From UHGV virus genome UHGV-0010228: a DNA stretch of 64,000 nucleotides; one strand, written 5' to 3'. Of this stretch, positions 30,263-40,387 are shown piece by piece (positions within the stretch are counted from its first letter, which is position 1; each line of letters begins with the position of its first letter). The DNA comes from a virus. A program made the position numbers and the translations under genes. Under the pieces are notes generated by a model. That model ran no database searches and was not told where the DNA came from. It worked only from the letters and a program-made list of their open reading frames with translations.

Positions 30263-32080
30263 ATGGCGGATACAATTAATAGTAAACAATTGGTCCATGA
30301 TGATACTTCGTGGTCGTATAAAACTAAGAATCAAAATGGCACATATACTGCAGCAAATGTACCACTTGAATCACAGACAAAAACATTTACATTCGCTACT
30401 GCTGGAAAATATGTTGATAAAGACATTGCATTTTCAGTCAAAGCTAAAGATGGATCTGGATCAATATCTGGTGGTGGCTTAACGATAGACGATATTAGTA
30501 TAAGTGCAGGTAGTTCATATCTGACTAGCACCAATACAGGTTTAGCAATTACTGTTGGCAATAAAGCAACTAGAGCAGCTGCTAGTTATTCTGTTGGAAC
30601 GGCAGGATGGGTGGATGCAGTGGGCGACGTTACTGGTTTATCATCAACCAGTGCTAGTAAATCATTAACAAAATATATTATAAAAGGTGCTGCTAGTGTT
30701 TCTGCAAGTCAATCAATTGGTGTAAGTGGTTCAATTAAACATGATGGATCCGGAAATCTCTCAATTTCAATGAGTGGTTCAAAATCAATTACTGGTTCAG
30801 TTAGTACAGCTGGTTGGATAACATCTGTATCCGCAGCTAATGTAAGTGCTAGTGGTTCAGCATCTGCAAAGGCTTCTGATCTTGATTCAAACCTTAAAGC
30901 TGAGAATATTCTCACTGGTGTTAAAATCTTTGGTGTAACTGGTAAACTTCCAGAAGCTTCATTCTTAAATGCAGTAAAAACTGGTGAAAGCGCCGATGAT
31001 TATACTGATATTTCTGATGCTGAATCAACTCCCGTGCTTATCTCTGGAGACTATTTATATATAACTAAAGGCTATGTGAATGGAAATAAGAGAATTTCAC
31101 TTGCTAAATTAGTTCCAGATAAAGCATCACTTGTCACTGCAGGTGCTTCAAATATGCGTTCTGGAACTACAGCATATGATAACGATGGTAAGCTTGTGTC
31201 AGGTACAATGCCTAATGCGGTTATTACATCAGGTGCAGCAACATTAAAATCATCATCTGTAGGTGCATTAGCAAATAGTAAGTATCCATTAACGGTTACG
31301 GTTACTGCTGCAGCTCCTACGGTTGGTACAACTGGTTATATTTCATCGTCTGAGGGTACTAAGAACGCTAAAGATTCTTCGGTTACGGTTCAACTTACAC
31401 CTGCAACTTGCACCGTTTCTGGTGGTGGGTTAACTGCTGGATCAGGGTCTTCATCAATTAATGTAAATGGCTATTATGATGGCACTAATGTATCTTCAAC
31501 TGATAAGGTTACGCTTACAACAACTGCAGCTTCAGGTTATTATAAAATAGGCACAACTGGTAAGGGTACAGTTAATAGAGCGGCTATTACTGATACTCAT
31601 ACTGCTGGTTGGTTACCTGCTAAGTCGGCTTCTACTATTAGTGCCGCAACTTCACTTTCTTCTAATAGTGGTACAAGCACATATTATATTAAGAAGTCAA
31701 CACTTACAAAGGCTAGTACTGACCCAACTACTCCTACACAGAGTATTACACCATCAACTTCTAAGCAGACATATATTATTTCTGAGGGTTACTATCCATC
31801 AGACAGAACAGTTACGGTTGCTGCTATGACAAATGGTGCTATCAGTGCAGCAGATTCAACATCAATTACAGTTACACCTAAATTAGGTACTGCTGTAGAA
31901 GATGTTACTAATCTGAAGTACAATGTGCCAATTACTGTATCTGCTTCTGCTACGGCATATGCTAAAGTTACTACTTCTGGTTATGTCACTAATGCTAATA
32001 ATACATCAAAGGCACTTAGTGGCTCCGGGTCAGCTACAGTATCTATTGCAATGTATGATGGTACATTTACTATATCATAA
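30263..32080 (+). CDS. tail fibre protein (Ser/Thr/Gly-rich)
   Basis: GAGGGAGG RBS 9 nt before ATG at 30263 (track ORF starts at upstream TTG 30257); contains KIFGVTGK and GKLVSGTMP modules. Confidence 0.65.
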   Translation: MADTINSKQLVHDDTSWSYKTKNQNGTYTAANVPLESQTKTFTFATAGKYVDKDIAFSVKAKDGSGSISGGGLTIDDISISAGSSYLTSTNTGLAITVGNKATRAAASYSVGTAGWVDAVGDVTGLSSTSASKSLTKYIIKGAASVSASQSIGVSGSIKHDGSGNLSISMSGSKSITGSVSTAGWITSVSAANVSASGSASAKASDLDSNLKAENILTGVKIFGVTGKLPEASFLNAVKTGESADDYTDISDAESTPVLISGDYLYITKGYVNGNKRISLAKLVPDKASLVTAGASNMRSGTTAYDNDGKLVSGTMPNAVITSGAATLKSSSVGALANSKYPLTVTVTAAAPTVGTTGYISSSEGTKNAKDSSVTVQLTPATCTVSGGGLTAGSGSSSINVNGYYDGTNVSSTDKVTLTTTAASGYYKIGTTGKGTVNRAAITDTHTAGWLPAKSASTISAATSLSSNSGTSTYYIKKSTLTKASTDPTTPTQSITPSTSKQTYIISEGYYPSDRTVTVAAMTNGAISAADSTSITVTPKLGTAVEDVTNLKYNVPITVSASATAYAKVTTSGYVTNANNTSKALSGSGSATVSIAMYDGTFTIS

Positions 32081-32163
32081 TTAATCATAAATAAATAACT
32101 ATGTATATTAGAATAAGTTATATAATTTATTCTAATATACATTTATTATAGGAGGAAATTTAA

Positions 32164-33978
32164 ATGTCAACAACAGACAAATTAACATATGATTCTACAA
32201 ATAAAAAGAGATCTAAAACTGTGAGTCAATATGAATTATCAAAAACTTATAGTTTTAATACTAAAGGAAAATATAATGATTCAGATATAGATTTAACAGT
32301 AGATATAGATTTAGAACGACTTACTTCTGATGGAACCGCAGCACCAACTTATGTTCTTACAGGAAAAACTTATTATAATCGCGGAAAATTATTAGAAGGT
32401 AAAATGCCAATAATTAATACTATTTCACTCAATGTATCTTCGATGGATGTTGGTTCTACAATAACTAGTGCAAGTTCTTCAAGTTATACTTTAGAATCAA
32501 TAATTAATGATACTCTAACAGACCTTAAATCTTACATTTATTCAGCACTGGATAATGGAATAACAACGGTTAGGTTTTCGATAACAAATTCTAATCTGGC
32601 AGCCTCAATAGGTCTCACTGCAGACAAAATACTTAAAGGTAATACCATATTAGGCATTGATGGAACTGTGGAGAGCGGCTCAACTTTAGGAAAAGTATAT
32701 AAACAATCAAATTTTATTATGTCTTCAACTGATAGCTCGATCTGTGTAACGAAATTTTTTAATAAAATATTAGTAGCTCAGGTTAATAACGCGTTATATT
32801 ATTCTGAGGATGGAATAGATTGGACTATATCGAATATTACAACGGGTGCATATTATAGTAAGGCTAATGAAGTCAGTGGATATGCATTATTATATGGTGA
32901 AGCTAAGGGGTGTTTGTATTCTACTGATGGAAAAACGTGGACAAATCTTTCCGGTTCTCTTAGTACAGCAAATATATCGTATGCCACAGTATTGCTTGAT
33001 AGCCTTTATGTATCACCAATTAGGAATGGTTTATGGAGAACGTTAGGTACCATTGGTACTACCATGTATAGGTGTTTCTCACTTACTTCAGCCGAATATT
33101 ATGACAAAATTGTTACTTTTGGAGCAGGGAAAAAACAAATAATAATTGCAATAGGTGGCGATAGTAATACTGGTATAGTATATTATATGAAAGGGTCAGA
33201 TACATCATGGACAAAATATGATACTATTACATCTAGGATTGATAACATAATTCAATTAGATAATGGATTATACGTCGCAACATCAAGTGTTGGAAGTCAT
33301 TCGTATTATTCATCGGATCTTATTACATGGAATACCCATAGTGGAATAGAAGATTATGATGTATACACTCCGGGTGCACTTGCTTATGTTAGTGATAAAC
33401 CAATTAATGGTAGTCGATATATTGGAATTGCTAATAATAACACTGGACTTTATTATTCTGTAGATGGTAAAGAATGGATTCAGTCTAGTTTAACTGATGT
33501 GCGTTACAGTAGTAGTTCCAATAATAATGGTTTATATATATCAAATAATTATAATTTTGCTATTCAAGTATTTACTTTGAATAGTGCTGGCTCACAGAAT
33601 GGAATATGGTATACTACTAATGGTATTGATTGGACTAAATCAAACAGATCTGGTACTTATTTAGATCCAATTGTAGAACTACCGTATTATAACTTATTAT
33701 ATTCTGGATATTATTATTCTGAGGATAATGGTAAGACTTGGGTCCGGTCAAACTTATCACATAAAATATATAATGAGTACTTATACGTCACTGATTCAAT
33801 AATATGTTATAACTATGACACATATTTATATTATTCGACTGATGGTAAAGTATGGACCAAAGTTAATACAAACCATATGTCAGGATTAACATTCGGCGGT
33901 ATTAGTACTTCAATTGTATCTATTAAAGGCCGAATTATTGTTCCTGACGGCAAATTGGGATTTTTATACTCAGAATAA
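32164..33978 (+). CDS. receptor-binding protein with BNR/Asp-box-like beta-propeller repeats
   Basis: TAGGAGGAAA RBS; repeated YYSxDGxxWT motifs; ADKILKGNTILGIDGT module. Confidence 0.7.
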   Translation: MSTTDKLTYDSTNKKRSKTVSQYELSKTYSFNTKGKYNDSDIDLTVDIDLERLTSDGTAAPTYVLTGKTYYNRGKLLEGKMPIINTISLNVSSMDVGSTITSASSSSYTLESIINDTLTDLKSYIYSALDNGITTVRFSITNSNLAASIGLTADKILKGNTILGIDGTVESGSTLGKVYKQSNFIMSSTDSSICVTKFFNKILVAQVNNALYYSEDGIDWTISNITTGAYYSKANEVSGYALLYGEAKGCLYSTDGKTWTNLSGSLSTANISYATVLLDSLYVSPIRNGLWRTLGTIGTTMYRCFSLTSAEYYDKIVTFGAGKKQIIIAIGGDSNTGIVYYMKGSDTSWTKYDTITSRIDNIIQLDNGLYVATSSVGSHSYYSSDLITWNTHSGIEDYDVYTPGALAYVSDKPINGSRYIGIANNNTGLYYSVDGKEWIQSSLTDVRYSSSSNNNGLYISNNYNFAIQVFTLNSAGSQNGIWYTTNGIDWTKSNRSGTYLDPIVELPYYNLLYSGYYYSEDNGKTWVRSNLSHKIYNEYLYVTDSIICYNYDTYLYYSTDGKVWTKVNTNHMSGLTFGGISTSIVSIKGRIIVPDGKLGFLYSE

Positions 33979-34000
33979 CAAAGGAGGAGAATATTTTATT

Positions 34001-34207
34001 ATGAATTTAAATCTTAAAAACTTATATATCCGTCATGCGAAGGATATTAAAAATCTAGCAGATTCTAAAGCTGTAGATGTTGGAGTTGCACTCGATATGT
34101 GGTGTAATGATAGAGGAATTAGATATGTTCCTCACGATAATGAACAAATAGAATTCCTTAATTTATGTAGAGAGCATACTTTAGATAAAGTAGTAGAATC
34201 TTTATAA
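34001..34207 (+). CDS. hypothetical small protein (68 aa)
   Basis: AAAGGAGGAG RBS before internal ATG of track ORF 33914-34207; hairpin 34224-34251 after stop. Confidence 0.5.
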   Translation: MNLNLKNLYIRHAKDIKNLADSKAVDVGVALDMWCNDRGIRYVPHDNEQIEFLNLCREHTLDKVVESL

Positions 34208-34263
34208 AAATAATAATAATATTAGAGAATAGACAAAATTGTCTATTCTCTCTCTATTATTTC

Positions 34264-34518
34264 TCTATTACTTTCTCTATTATAACCTATAAATTAATAT
34301 AATAATATCTATAGTATAGAATAATTATATAATATAATTATTCTATACTATAGATATTATTATATTAATTTATAGTATTTTATATTATATATAGATTATA
34401 ACTATAGAAAGGAGATTATATAATTATGGCTTTTTATAGATGTGATAGAGGATTAGGATTTGATATAAGTAATAGTACAGGAAATAGTAGTGATGTATTG
34501 TATAGTAAGAAGTTTAAT
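34264..34518. repeat. inverted repeat IR-A left copy (~255 bp; P + leader + RBS + codons 1-31 of gene A)
   Basis: Reverse-complement identical (4 mismatches near inner end) to 38026-38280. Confidence 0.85.
34287..34375. repeat. 89-bp perfect palindrome P (42-nt arms, 5-nt centre), copy 1
   Basis: ctataaattaatataataatatctatagtatagaataattat ataat ataattattctatactatagatattattatattaatttatag; arms exact reverse complements. Confidence 0.9.
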
Positions 34519-36213
34519 AGAGATGTAGGTGATGTACAATTAAATGAATATAAGTTTCCATCACGTATATCTTACTCGCTACTTTCAAATAACTCTTTTA
34601 GAATTAATTCTAATATATATTTTGTAAATAATCTTTCAATAGATGGTGTTAAGCCCAGTGATATTAAATTAGGAATTAATCTATACAACATAAATGGAAC
34701 TACTAAAATGGCTTGTGCTAATTATAAAGAAACTACCCCCTTTCAGTATATTTCTGATTATATTCCATATTACAAATCCTCATGTTGTATATCCCCATCA
34801 ATTGGGTATAATAATTATATTTGTGGAAATAATACAATATACCAGATAAATAATGATGATAATCATATTATTAAAAAATTTAATCTTACAGAAATTCGTA
34901 ATCAGATTAATTTTTTATATCATAGATATCGATCTCAAAAAATTGAATCTTTTGTTAGTTCTAGATATGTACCAGAAATTTTAATATATGATTACATTCA
35001 TAAGACCGATGATCAAATAAAAACGATCTATAAAAATTATTTCAAATCTAATGGCAATATAAACATTGATCCTGATGATTATATTATTAATTATTTCAAT
35101 AATTTTTATCATCAGGAAATCTACTCTAGCGATATCGGAATATACTCTGAATGCGAAAATTATTTAATGTGTTATTTTCTCGGAAACGAAATTGGATCAG
35201 AAATGATTGATAGTATTGTATTTAAGAATATTGATAATGGGAAATATGACGCTGTATATGATTATACTCCTGCGGGTAGATATACTAGACATTTAGTATA
35301 CTTTTTAATTAAGATTGAGAATGACGAAATATATTTATATTCACAAACACTTTTTTCTAATGAAGAATTTAGATATAAATCTCTTCTAAAAATTGATAAT
35401 AATCATATCTATCATACAATTAACAATAGATCCTCGATGATAGTATGTGAACGAAATTCGAAAACATTTGAAATAATCGCTAAATACTCGGGATTTTATG
35501 ACAATACGTATTATTGCAATATTATTGAGCAAGATAATTATTTTTATTATGTTAAATATGCTAAATTATATAAACTAGATTTGGATCTTAATTTGATATC
35601 ATCTGAATTATTTGATAATGTTGCAACATTATATGGTGATGATCATATAAGTAAAAATCTTTACGCGACGCGGTTATCATATTCAAAAAATCATATTAAT
35701 ATATATGGGTTTACCAACGGATTTGGCTCGAAATCAACTACATTTAATGGTATTTCTGGAACTACGAAATATCTTCATAATGATGAAACTTATATAGATA
35801 TACCAATTCAAACAAATCTAAATACACTTACATTAGCAAATCCTAATCTGCTTAGGGTATATGTTACTGGTTCTATACACATGCTAGAAGATGTAGCGTG
35901 GCTCGAAACAGATGATTGTATATTCATGTTTTATAATAAATCAGAAGCTCCATTATATACAGTATTCAATACTGATTTTACATATGGCTACACATTAGAT
36001 TTATCACAGTATGCATTCTATGATATTTTATCACTGAATTTAAAAAATAATGTATTATATATATCATATAGAGATAGTAATCGCAATAGATTAAATATTT
36101 CTCGTATAGATCTCTACATCAATATTCTTTACTTTCTTAACAATTATAATGAAATTAATATAACTAATATAGACTCTTCTAATTCTAATTATACAGATTA
36201 CTATTTTAATTAA
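34426..36213 (+). CDS. receptor-binding/tail fibre paralogue A (595 aa)
   Basis: GAAAGGAGA RBS; first 28 codons and 160 bp upstream identical to inverted copy at 36256-38118; C-terminal YTDYYFN. Confidence 0.7.
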   Translation: MAFYRCDRGLGFDISNSTGNSSDVLYSKKFNRDVGDVQLNEYKFPSRISYSLLSNNSFRINSNIYFVNNLSIDGVKPSDIKLGINLYNINGTTKMACANYKETTPFQYISDYIPYYKSSCCISPSIGYNNYICGNNTIYQINNDDNHIIKKFNLTEIRNQINFLYHRYRSQKIESFVSSRYVPEILIYDYIHKTDDQIKTIYKNYFKSNGNINIDPDDYIINYFNNFYHQEIYSSDIGIYSECENYLMCYFLGNEIGSEMIDSIVFKNIDNGKYDAVYDYTPAGRYTRHLVYFLIKIENDEIYLYSQTLFSNEEFRYKSLLKIDNNHIYHTINNRSSMIVCERNSKTFEIIAKYSGFYDNTYYCNIIEQDNYFYYVKYAKLYKLDLDLNLISSELFDNVATLYGDDHISKNLYATRLSYSKNHINIYGFTNGFGSKSTTFNGISGTTKYLHNDETYIDIPIQTNLNTLTLANPNLLRVYVTGSIHMLEDVAWLETDDCIFMFYNKSEAPLYTVFNTDFTYGYTLDLSQYAFYDILSLNLKNNVLYISYRDSNRNRLNISRIDLYINILYFLNNYNEINITNIDSSNSNYTDYYFN

Positions 36214-36219
36214 TAAAAT

Positions 36220-36250
36220 ATACATACTATCTATTATAGATAGTATGTAT
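36220..36250. terminator. bidirectional hairpin between convergent paralogues A and A'
   Basis: atacatactatctat t atagatagtatgtat flanked by aaat / ttt. Confidence 0.7.
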
Positions 36251-36255
36251 TTGAT

Positions 36256-38118
36256 TTAGTTAAAGTAATAATCAGTATAAGATTCATTAGATGTATCTAT
36301 AGAATATCCAGAATATGATGTATCATAATCATTAAGAAGATAAAGAGTAGAAGCGTTTTTCGCTAATTCTATAATAAAATATTCCGAACAATAAGGATTT
36401 TTGTTTCCACTCGAATAGACAACATGCGGCATAAATAAATAACGGAATTTATCAATTGGCGATATTAAATATTCAAAATTTGAATTCATTTTATCTTCAA
36501 ATAGACGAATCTCAACTTCATTTGGATAATATGACAGTCTATTTAATAAAATATTTCTTTTAGTCGAATACGCATTCAAAGAAACCATATCCACGCAGAA
36601 AGATGTATTTTTTTTTGTAGCGTTACCACTTTCGACATCTGGTAATTTATAATTTATATCATTAAATGCTTCTAAATTTTCTAAATAATATCCACTAAAT
36701 GAGTTATCTGAGTCGTAACATCCGTTCAATGTCGAAAGGTATGCTGAATAATACGTTTTTCGAGAGTCATAAGAAAAATATAGTTGATTTCCAATTGGAA
36801 GTGGAACTAAATTATACCTGTTATGAAAATAAATATTAGTCTGTTTAGTGTTATTGGATATAAAATAAAGATTAATATATTTATCAATAATTAATTCTCC
36901 TGATATTATATCATAATATCTAATCTTATTAGAAAAAAAGACTATTAATTTTGAATTATCTTGGCTTATTTTATATATTAAATTAAAGGATCCGTCGCCA
37001 CTGATAGATTGAAATGGTTTATTAAATATTGCTATTTCAGACAAGGAATTTCTATCAATTACCACAACGCAATAATCAGTTACGTAAGTAGATTTATAAA
37101 CATACATATCATCATTAATATATGAGTGGTTATTACTAGTATTATAGACCTCAGTGCTATACATCCAATATTTGGCCAGAATCGCCTGATATTCGTTCGT
37201 AGAAGAGTTCATTCCCACTTTATCATTTGGATCAATCTCGAACTTATAACCAATTAAATACGTGTCCGAGACATCTAGTATTGAATATGTTTTCCATTTA
37301 TTTCCTGAATTCATAGAATAATCAATAAGCTCCATATTTTTATTAAATTTACACCAAATATAACCTGGATATATACGTGAAAAATATTTCTTATATGGCG
37401 AATCATTATATGAAAATCTAAAATCTGTAACGTATGGTTTTGGAAATAATAAGAAATAATCTCCCATATCATATAATTTAGTTTTTCGGTGGTTTATGTA
37501 CTTATGAGCATCATATGTATTAGAATCTACCAATGGTGAATTTGGAAATGTGATGTGTTTTATAAGTAAACCATCTGAATTATATATGTAATAATGTATT
37601 AAGCTGTTATAATCAGAGACTGAAAATATATAACAATTATTTGAGCTGTCATATGATATTCTATCATATCTAATATCATAATGGGTTTTATATGAATACA
37701 GATCGTAACGTATCATAGCTGTCTCATAAAATAATAAACTAGCAAATATGTGATCCAATTCGGGCATGTTAATGTATTTTATGGGACTCGTTGTTGTGTC
37801 AACAAATTTACAACATCCACGGATACCATAAATTTCCACTTTCTCAGAAATATAATTTTTAATATCCTTTGTTGTTGGTATAGTGATATCTTTAGTTAAC
37901 ATTGATGGCCTATATCCTCTTTCGTCATAGGATAAATAGTAATCATTCATATGATTTATTGTATTAAACCATACGCTATAAAATGAATTTAACGTTTCAA
38001 TATTACCTTTTCTACTCTCTCCATTGTTAAACGTCTTACTATACAATACATCACTACTCTCTCCTGTACTATTACTTATATCAAATCCTAATCCTCTATC
38101 ACATCTATAAAAAGCCAT
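36256..38118 (-). CDS. receptor-binding/tail fibre paralogue A' (620 aa), convergent with A
   Basis: Same RBS/N-terminus MAFYRCDRGLGFDISNSTG as A; same C-terminal YTDYYFN encoded with different codons. Confidence 0.7.
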   Translation of the reverse strand: MAFYRCDRGLGFDISNSTGESSDVLYSKTFNNGESRKGNIETLNSFYSVWFNTINHMNDYYLSYDERGYRPSMLTKDITIPTTKDIKNYISEKVEIYGIRGCCKFVDTTTSPIKYINMPELDHIFASLLFYETAMIRYDLYSYKTHYDIRYDRISYDSSNNCYIFSVSDYNSLIHYYIYNSDGLLIKHITFPNSPLVDSNTYDAHKYINHRKTKLYDMGDYFLLFPKPYVTDFRFSYNDSPYKKYFSRIYPGYIWCKFNKNMELIDYSMNSGNKWKTYSILDVSDTYLIGYKFEIDPNDKVGMNSSTNEYQAILAKYWMYSTEVYNTSNNHSYINDDMYVYKSTYVTDYCVVVIDRNSLSEIAIFNKPFQSISGDGSFNLIYKISQDNSKLIVFFSNKIRYYDIISGELIIDKYINLYFISNNTKQTNIYFHNRYNLVPLPIGNQLYFSYDSRKTYYSAYLSTLNGCYDSDNSFSGYYLENLEAFNDINYKLPDVESGNATKKNTSFCVDMVSLNAYSTKRNILLNRLSYYPNEVEIRLFEDKMNSNFEYLISPIDKFRYLFMPHVVYSSGNKNPYCSEYFIIELAKNASTLYLLNDYDTSYSGYSIDTSNESYTDYYFN

Positions 38119-38280
38119 AATTATATAATCTCCTTTCTATAGTTATAATCTATATATAATATAAAATACTATAAATTAATATAATAATATCTATAGTATA
38201 GAATAATTATATAATATAATTATTCTATACTATAGATATTATTATATTAATTTATAGGTTATAATAGAGAAAGTAATAGA
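38026..38280. repeat. inverted repeat IR-A right copy
   Basis: See 34264-34518. Confidence 0.85.
38169..38257. repeat. 89-bp perfect palindrome P, copy 2 (between divergent genes A' and B)
   Basis: Identical to 34287-34375. Confidence 0.9.
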
Positions 38281-38296
38281 GATATAGAGATATAGA

Positions 38297-38334
38297 GAAT
38301 GACTATTATTAGTCATTCTATTTGTTTTTTTTTT
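38297..38334 (+). terminator. leader hairpin + T10 upstream of gene B (attenuator-like)
   Basis: gaatgactattattagtcattc then tatttg + tttttttttt; mirrored at 55218-55254 on minus strand upstream of gene B'. Confidence 0.55.
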
Positions 38335-38490
38335 GTTATACATTATATTAATATTATATAATATAAGGAGGTATTATAATGTTTGATTTATATAATACAT
38401 TAGAATCATATAATATAATAGATAATGATTATGCATATGAAGGTATTATAGATAAAGTAAAAAATGTAGGTAGTACTATATGGGGATTTG
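38297..38490. repeat. inverted repeat IR-B left copy (~194 bp; hairpin+T10, leader, RBS, codons 1-37 of gene B)
   Basis: Reverse-complement identical to 55062-55254; outer flank continues into P with a ~20-nt ATAGAG-unit indel. Confidence 0.85.
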
Positions 38491-39203
38491 TAAAGAAAAT
38501 GTGGAAAGGAATGAAAGCTAAACTCGCATGGCTAGTTAAAAAAATGATACGTTCAGTTATAGGTAAAGATACGAAGAAAAAGTCTAAAGATGATGATGTT
38601 ATTGAAGTTGATGCTAAACCTGTAAATAATAAATCTGAAGATTCAAATGAATATAAAAATACAGTAAATAATGCAAAATCAAATATTAATGCTAGGCATT
38701 TAGATGTGAAACTATTAGAAAAATTCTTTAATCTTAGCATGAAACTTTCATCGATACATAGTATAATTAATAGATATCGTATAATGCTGAATCGCCAGTC
38801 GTTACATGATGCTAAAATATTTCGAGATTTAGGTGTTGATGTCGATGATATCAAGGTTGATGAAAACGACAATGATGATGAGGAGAATAAACTTAGAATA
38901 TCAGAAACTAAATCATTCATTGAAGAATTACAAGAAACGCTTAATAAGATTCCTAAGGAAAGCCGCATAAATCTTAAAGAATTTATTAAAACTAATGAAT
39001 CAGTAACAAAAGCATTCGTTACTGATTGTAACAAAACCATTAAAGAAATTGATGAAATTTTAAAAGAAGTTGATAAGTTAGTAAAAACATCAACAAGTAT
39101 AACAGAAAAGACAAAAAATATTATAATCACAAACACAAAAGAGATATCTCAAATAGTTGCAGCATATTATAAGTGTATGTCGGATGCTTATTTTTTACAT
39201 TAA
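38379..39203 (+). CDS. Lys/Glu-rich coiled-coil protein, paralogue B (274 aa)
   Basis: TAAGGAGG RBS; first 36 codons + 80 bp leader identical to inverted copy at 54163-55173. Confidence 0.65.
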   Translation: MFDLYNTLESYNIIDNDYAYEGIIDKVKNVGSTIWGFVKKMWKGMKAKLAWLVKKMIRSVIGKDTKKKSKDDDVIEVDAKPVNNKSEDSNEYKNTVNNAKSNINARHLDVKLLEKFFNLSMKLSSIHSIINRYRIMLNRQSLHDAKIFRDLGVDVDDIKVDENDNDDEENKLRISETKSFIEELQETLNKIPKESRINLKEFIKTNESVTKAFVTDCNKTIKEIDEILKEVDKLVKTSTSITEKTKNIIITNTKEISQIVAAYYKCMSDAYFLH

Positions 39204-39205
39204 TA

Positions 39206-39245
39206 TAATAAATAGAATTACTCATATGAGTAATTCTATTTATTA
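39206..39245 (+). terminator. long AT-rich palindrome after gene B
   Basis: tataataaatagaattactca ta tgagtaattctatttattaata. Confidence 0.55.
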
Positions 39246-39339
39246 ATATCCTTTATTTTACCTTATAATATCAACATTCTTATAATATGTTACATTTTGT
39301 CATGGTAATTTTATTAATTAATATAAAGGAGGTATTTGT

Positions 39340-40365
39340 ATGCCTAGTACAATACGTGGATCACTTGTAGTTCCCCCTAAAGGTAATTCTACAGGAGGAT
39401 CTGGTGGATTTGTAATTACTGTAGATTCTGATGGAAACCTTGATAAATCTTGGGGTGAAATAATCACCGCAAATAATGAAGGTCAGAATTTAATTATAAA
39501 AACCGTAGATGCCAATGGAAATGAACGTATTTTATATTTAGACAATATTGATGTAGATTCAACTACAAATATTGGTGATATCACATTTGTAAGTGGTACT
39601 GTTGATGGTGATGCTTTACAGTTAATATTATCATCTACTGATGGCGTTAATCATACAAAAACCACAACAAATGTAAATTATGTTGTAGCAGGTGCTGATG
39701 GTAAGTTAGATGGAAATTCTATTCCATCAGCATCAGCAACTACTGCAGGTGGAGTTAAATTATCCGATGCTACAGATTCAGATTTAAATGCAGCTACCGG
39801 TGGAACTGCTGCTACTCCTTATGCAGTTAAACAGTTGGCTACTTTAGTTGGTGAAAAGACATCATTTAGAGAAGTTACTCAGGCAGAATATGATGCATTA
39901 GTAGCAGCAAATACTGATGATCCTGAAGTTATCTATGTAATAACAGATTCGGATGATAGTAAGATCATTGGTCTTATAAATGAAACTATTCATCAGAATC
40001 AGACAACGTGGTATGGGACTTCTTCTACTGTAGCAAACTCTCCGGGTAAAACTGTAACTACTACAGGTGGAGATTTTGTACTCAAAGCAGGTAAGAAAGT
40101 AACTGTTAAGTTTACTAATGGTAATACTGCATCAGATATAACTTTAAATGTTGATGGTATGGGTATAAAGAAAATAACTAGATATGGTACTGTAGCTTCA
40201 GGAATATATCCTTGGAGTGCGGGTTCAGTTATTGATTTTATATACGATGGTGAAAGTTTTATAGCATTAAATGCAACTCCTACTATTCGTATAGGGACTA
40301 AAACTCCATCAGCATCAGATGGTATAGATGGTGATATCTTCTTAGTTTATGATGCTAAATCATAA
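39340..40365 (+). CDS. tail fibre protein with TIRGSLVVPPK N-terminal anchor motif
   Basis: AAAGGAGG RBS; Gly/Thr/Ala-rich. Confidence 0.7.
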   Translation: MPSTIRGSLVVPPKGNSTGGSGGFVITVDSDGNLDKSWGEIITANNEGQNLIIKTVDANGNERILYLDNIDVDSTTNIGDITFVSGTVDGDALQLILSSTDGVNHTKTTTNVNYVVAGADGKLDGNSIPSASATTAGGVKLSDATDSDLNAATGGTAATPYAVKQLATLVGEKTSFREVTQAEYDALVAANTDDPEVIYVITDSDDSKIIGLINETIHQNQTTWYGTSSTVANSPGKTVTTTGGDFVLKAGKKVTVKFTNGNTASDITLNVDGMGIKKITRYGTVASGIYPWSAGSVIDFIYDGESFIALNATPTIRIGTKTPSASDGIDGDIFLVYDAKS

Positions 40366-40387
40366 TAAGGAGGTGTGTCATCTTATT

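Noticed and set aside
38429-39136. 235-aa antisense ORF opposite gene B
   Set aside because: Arises because gene B is made of AAA/GAA/GAT codons whose complement lacks stops. It has no RBS and an F/S/I-rich nonsense composition, while the plus-strand gene has a perfect RBS and a conserved 5' module.
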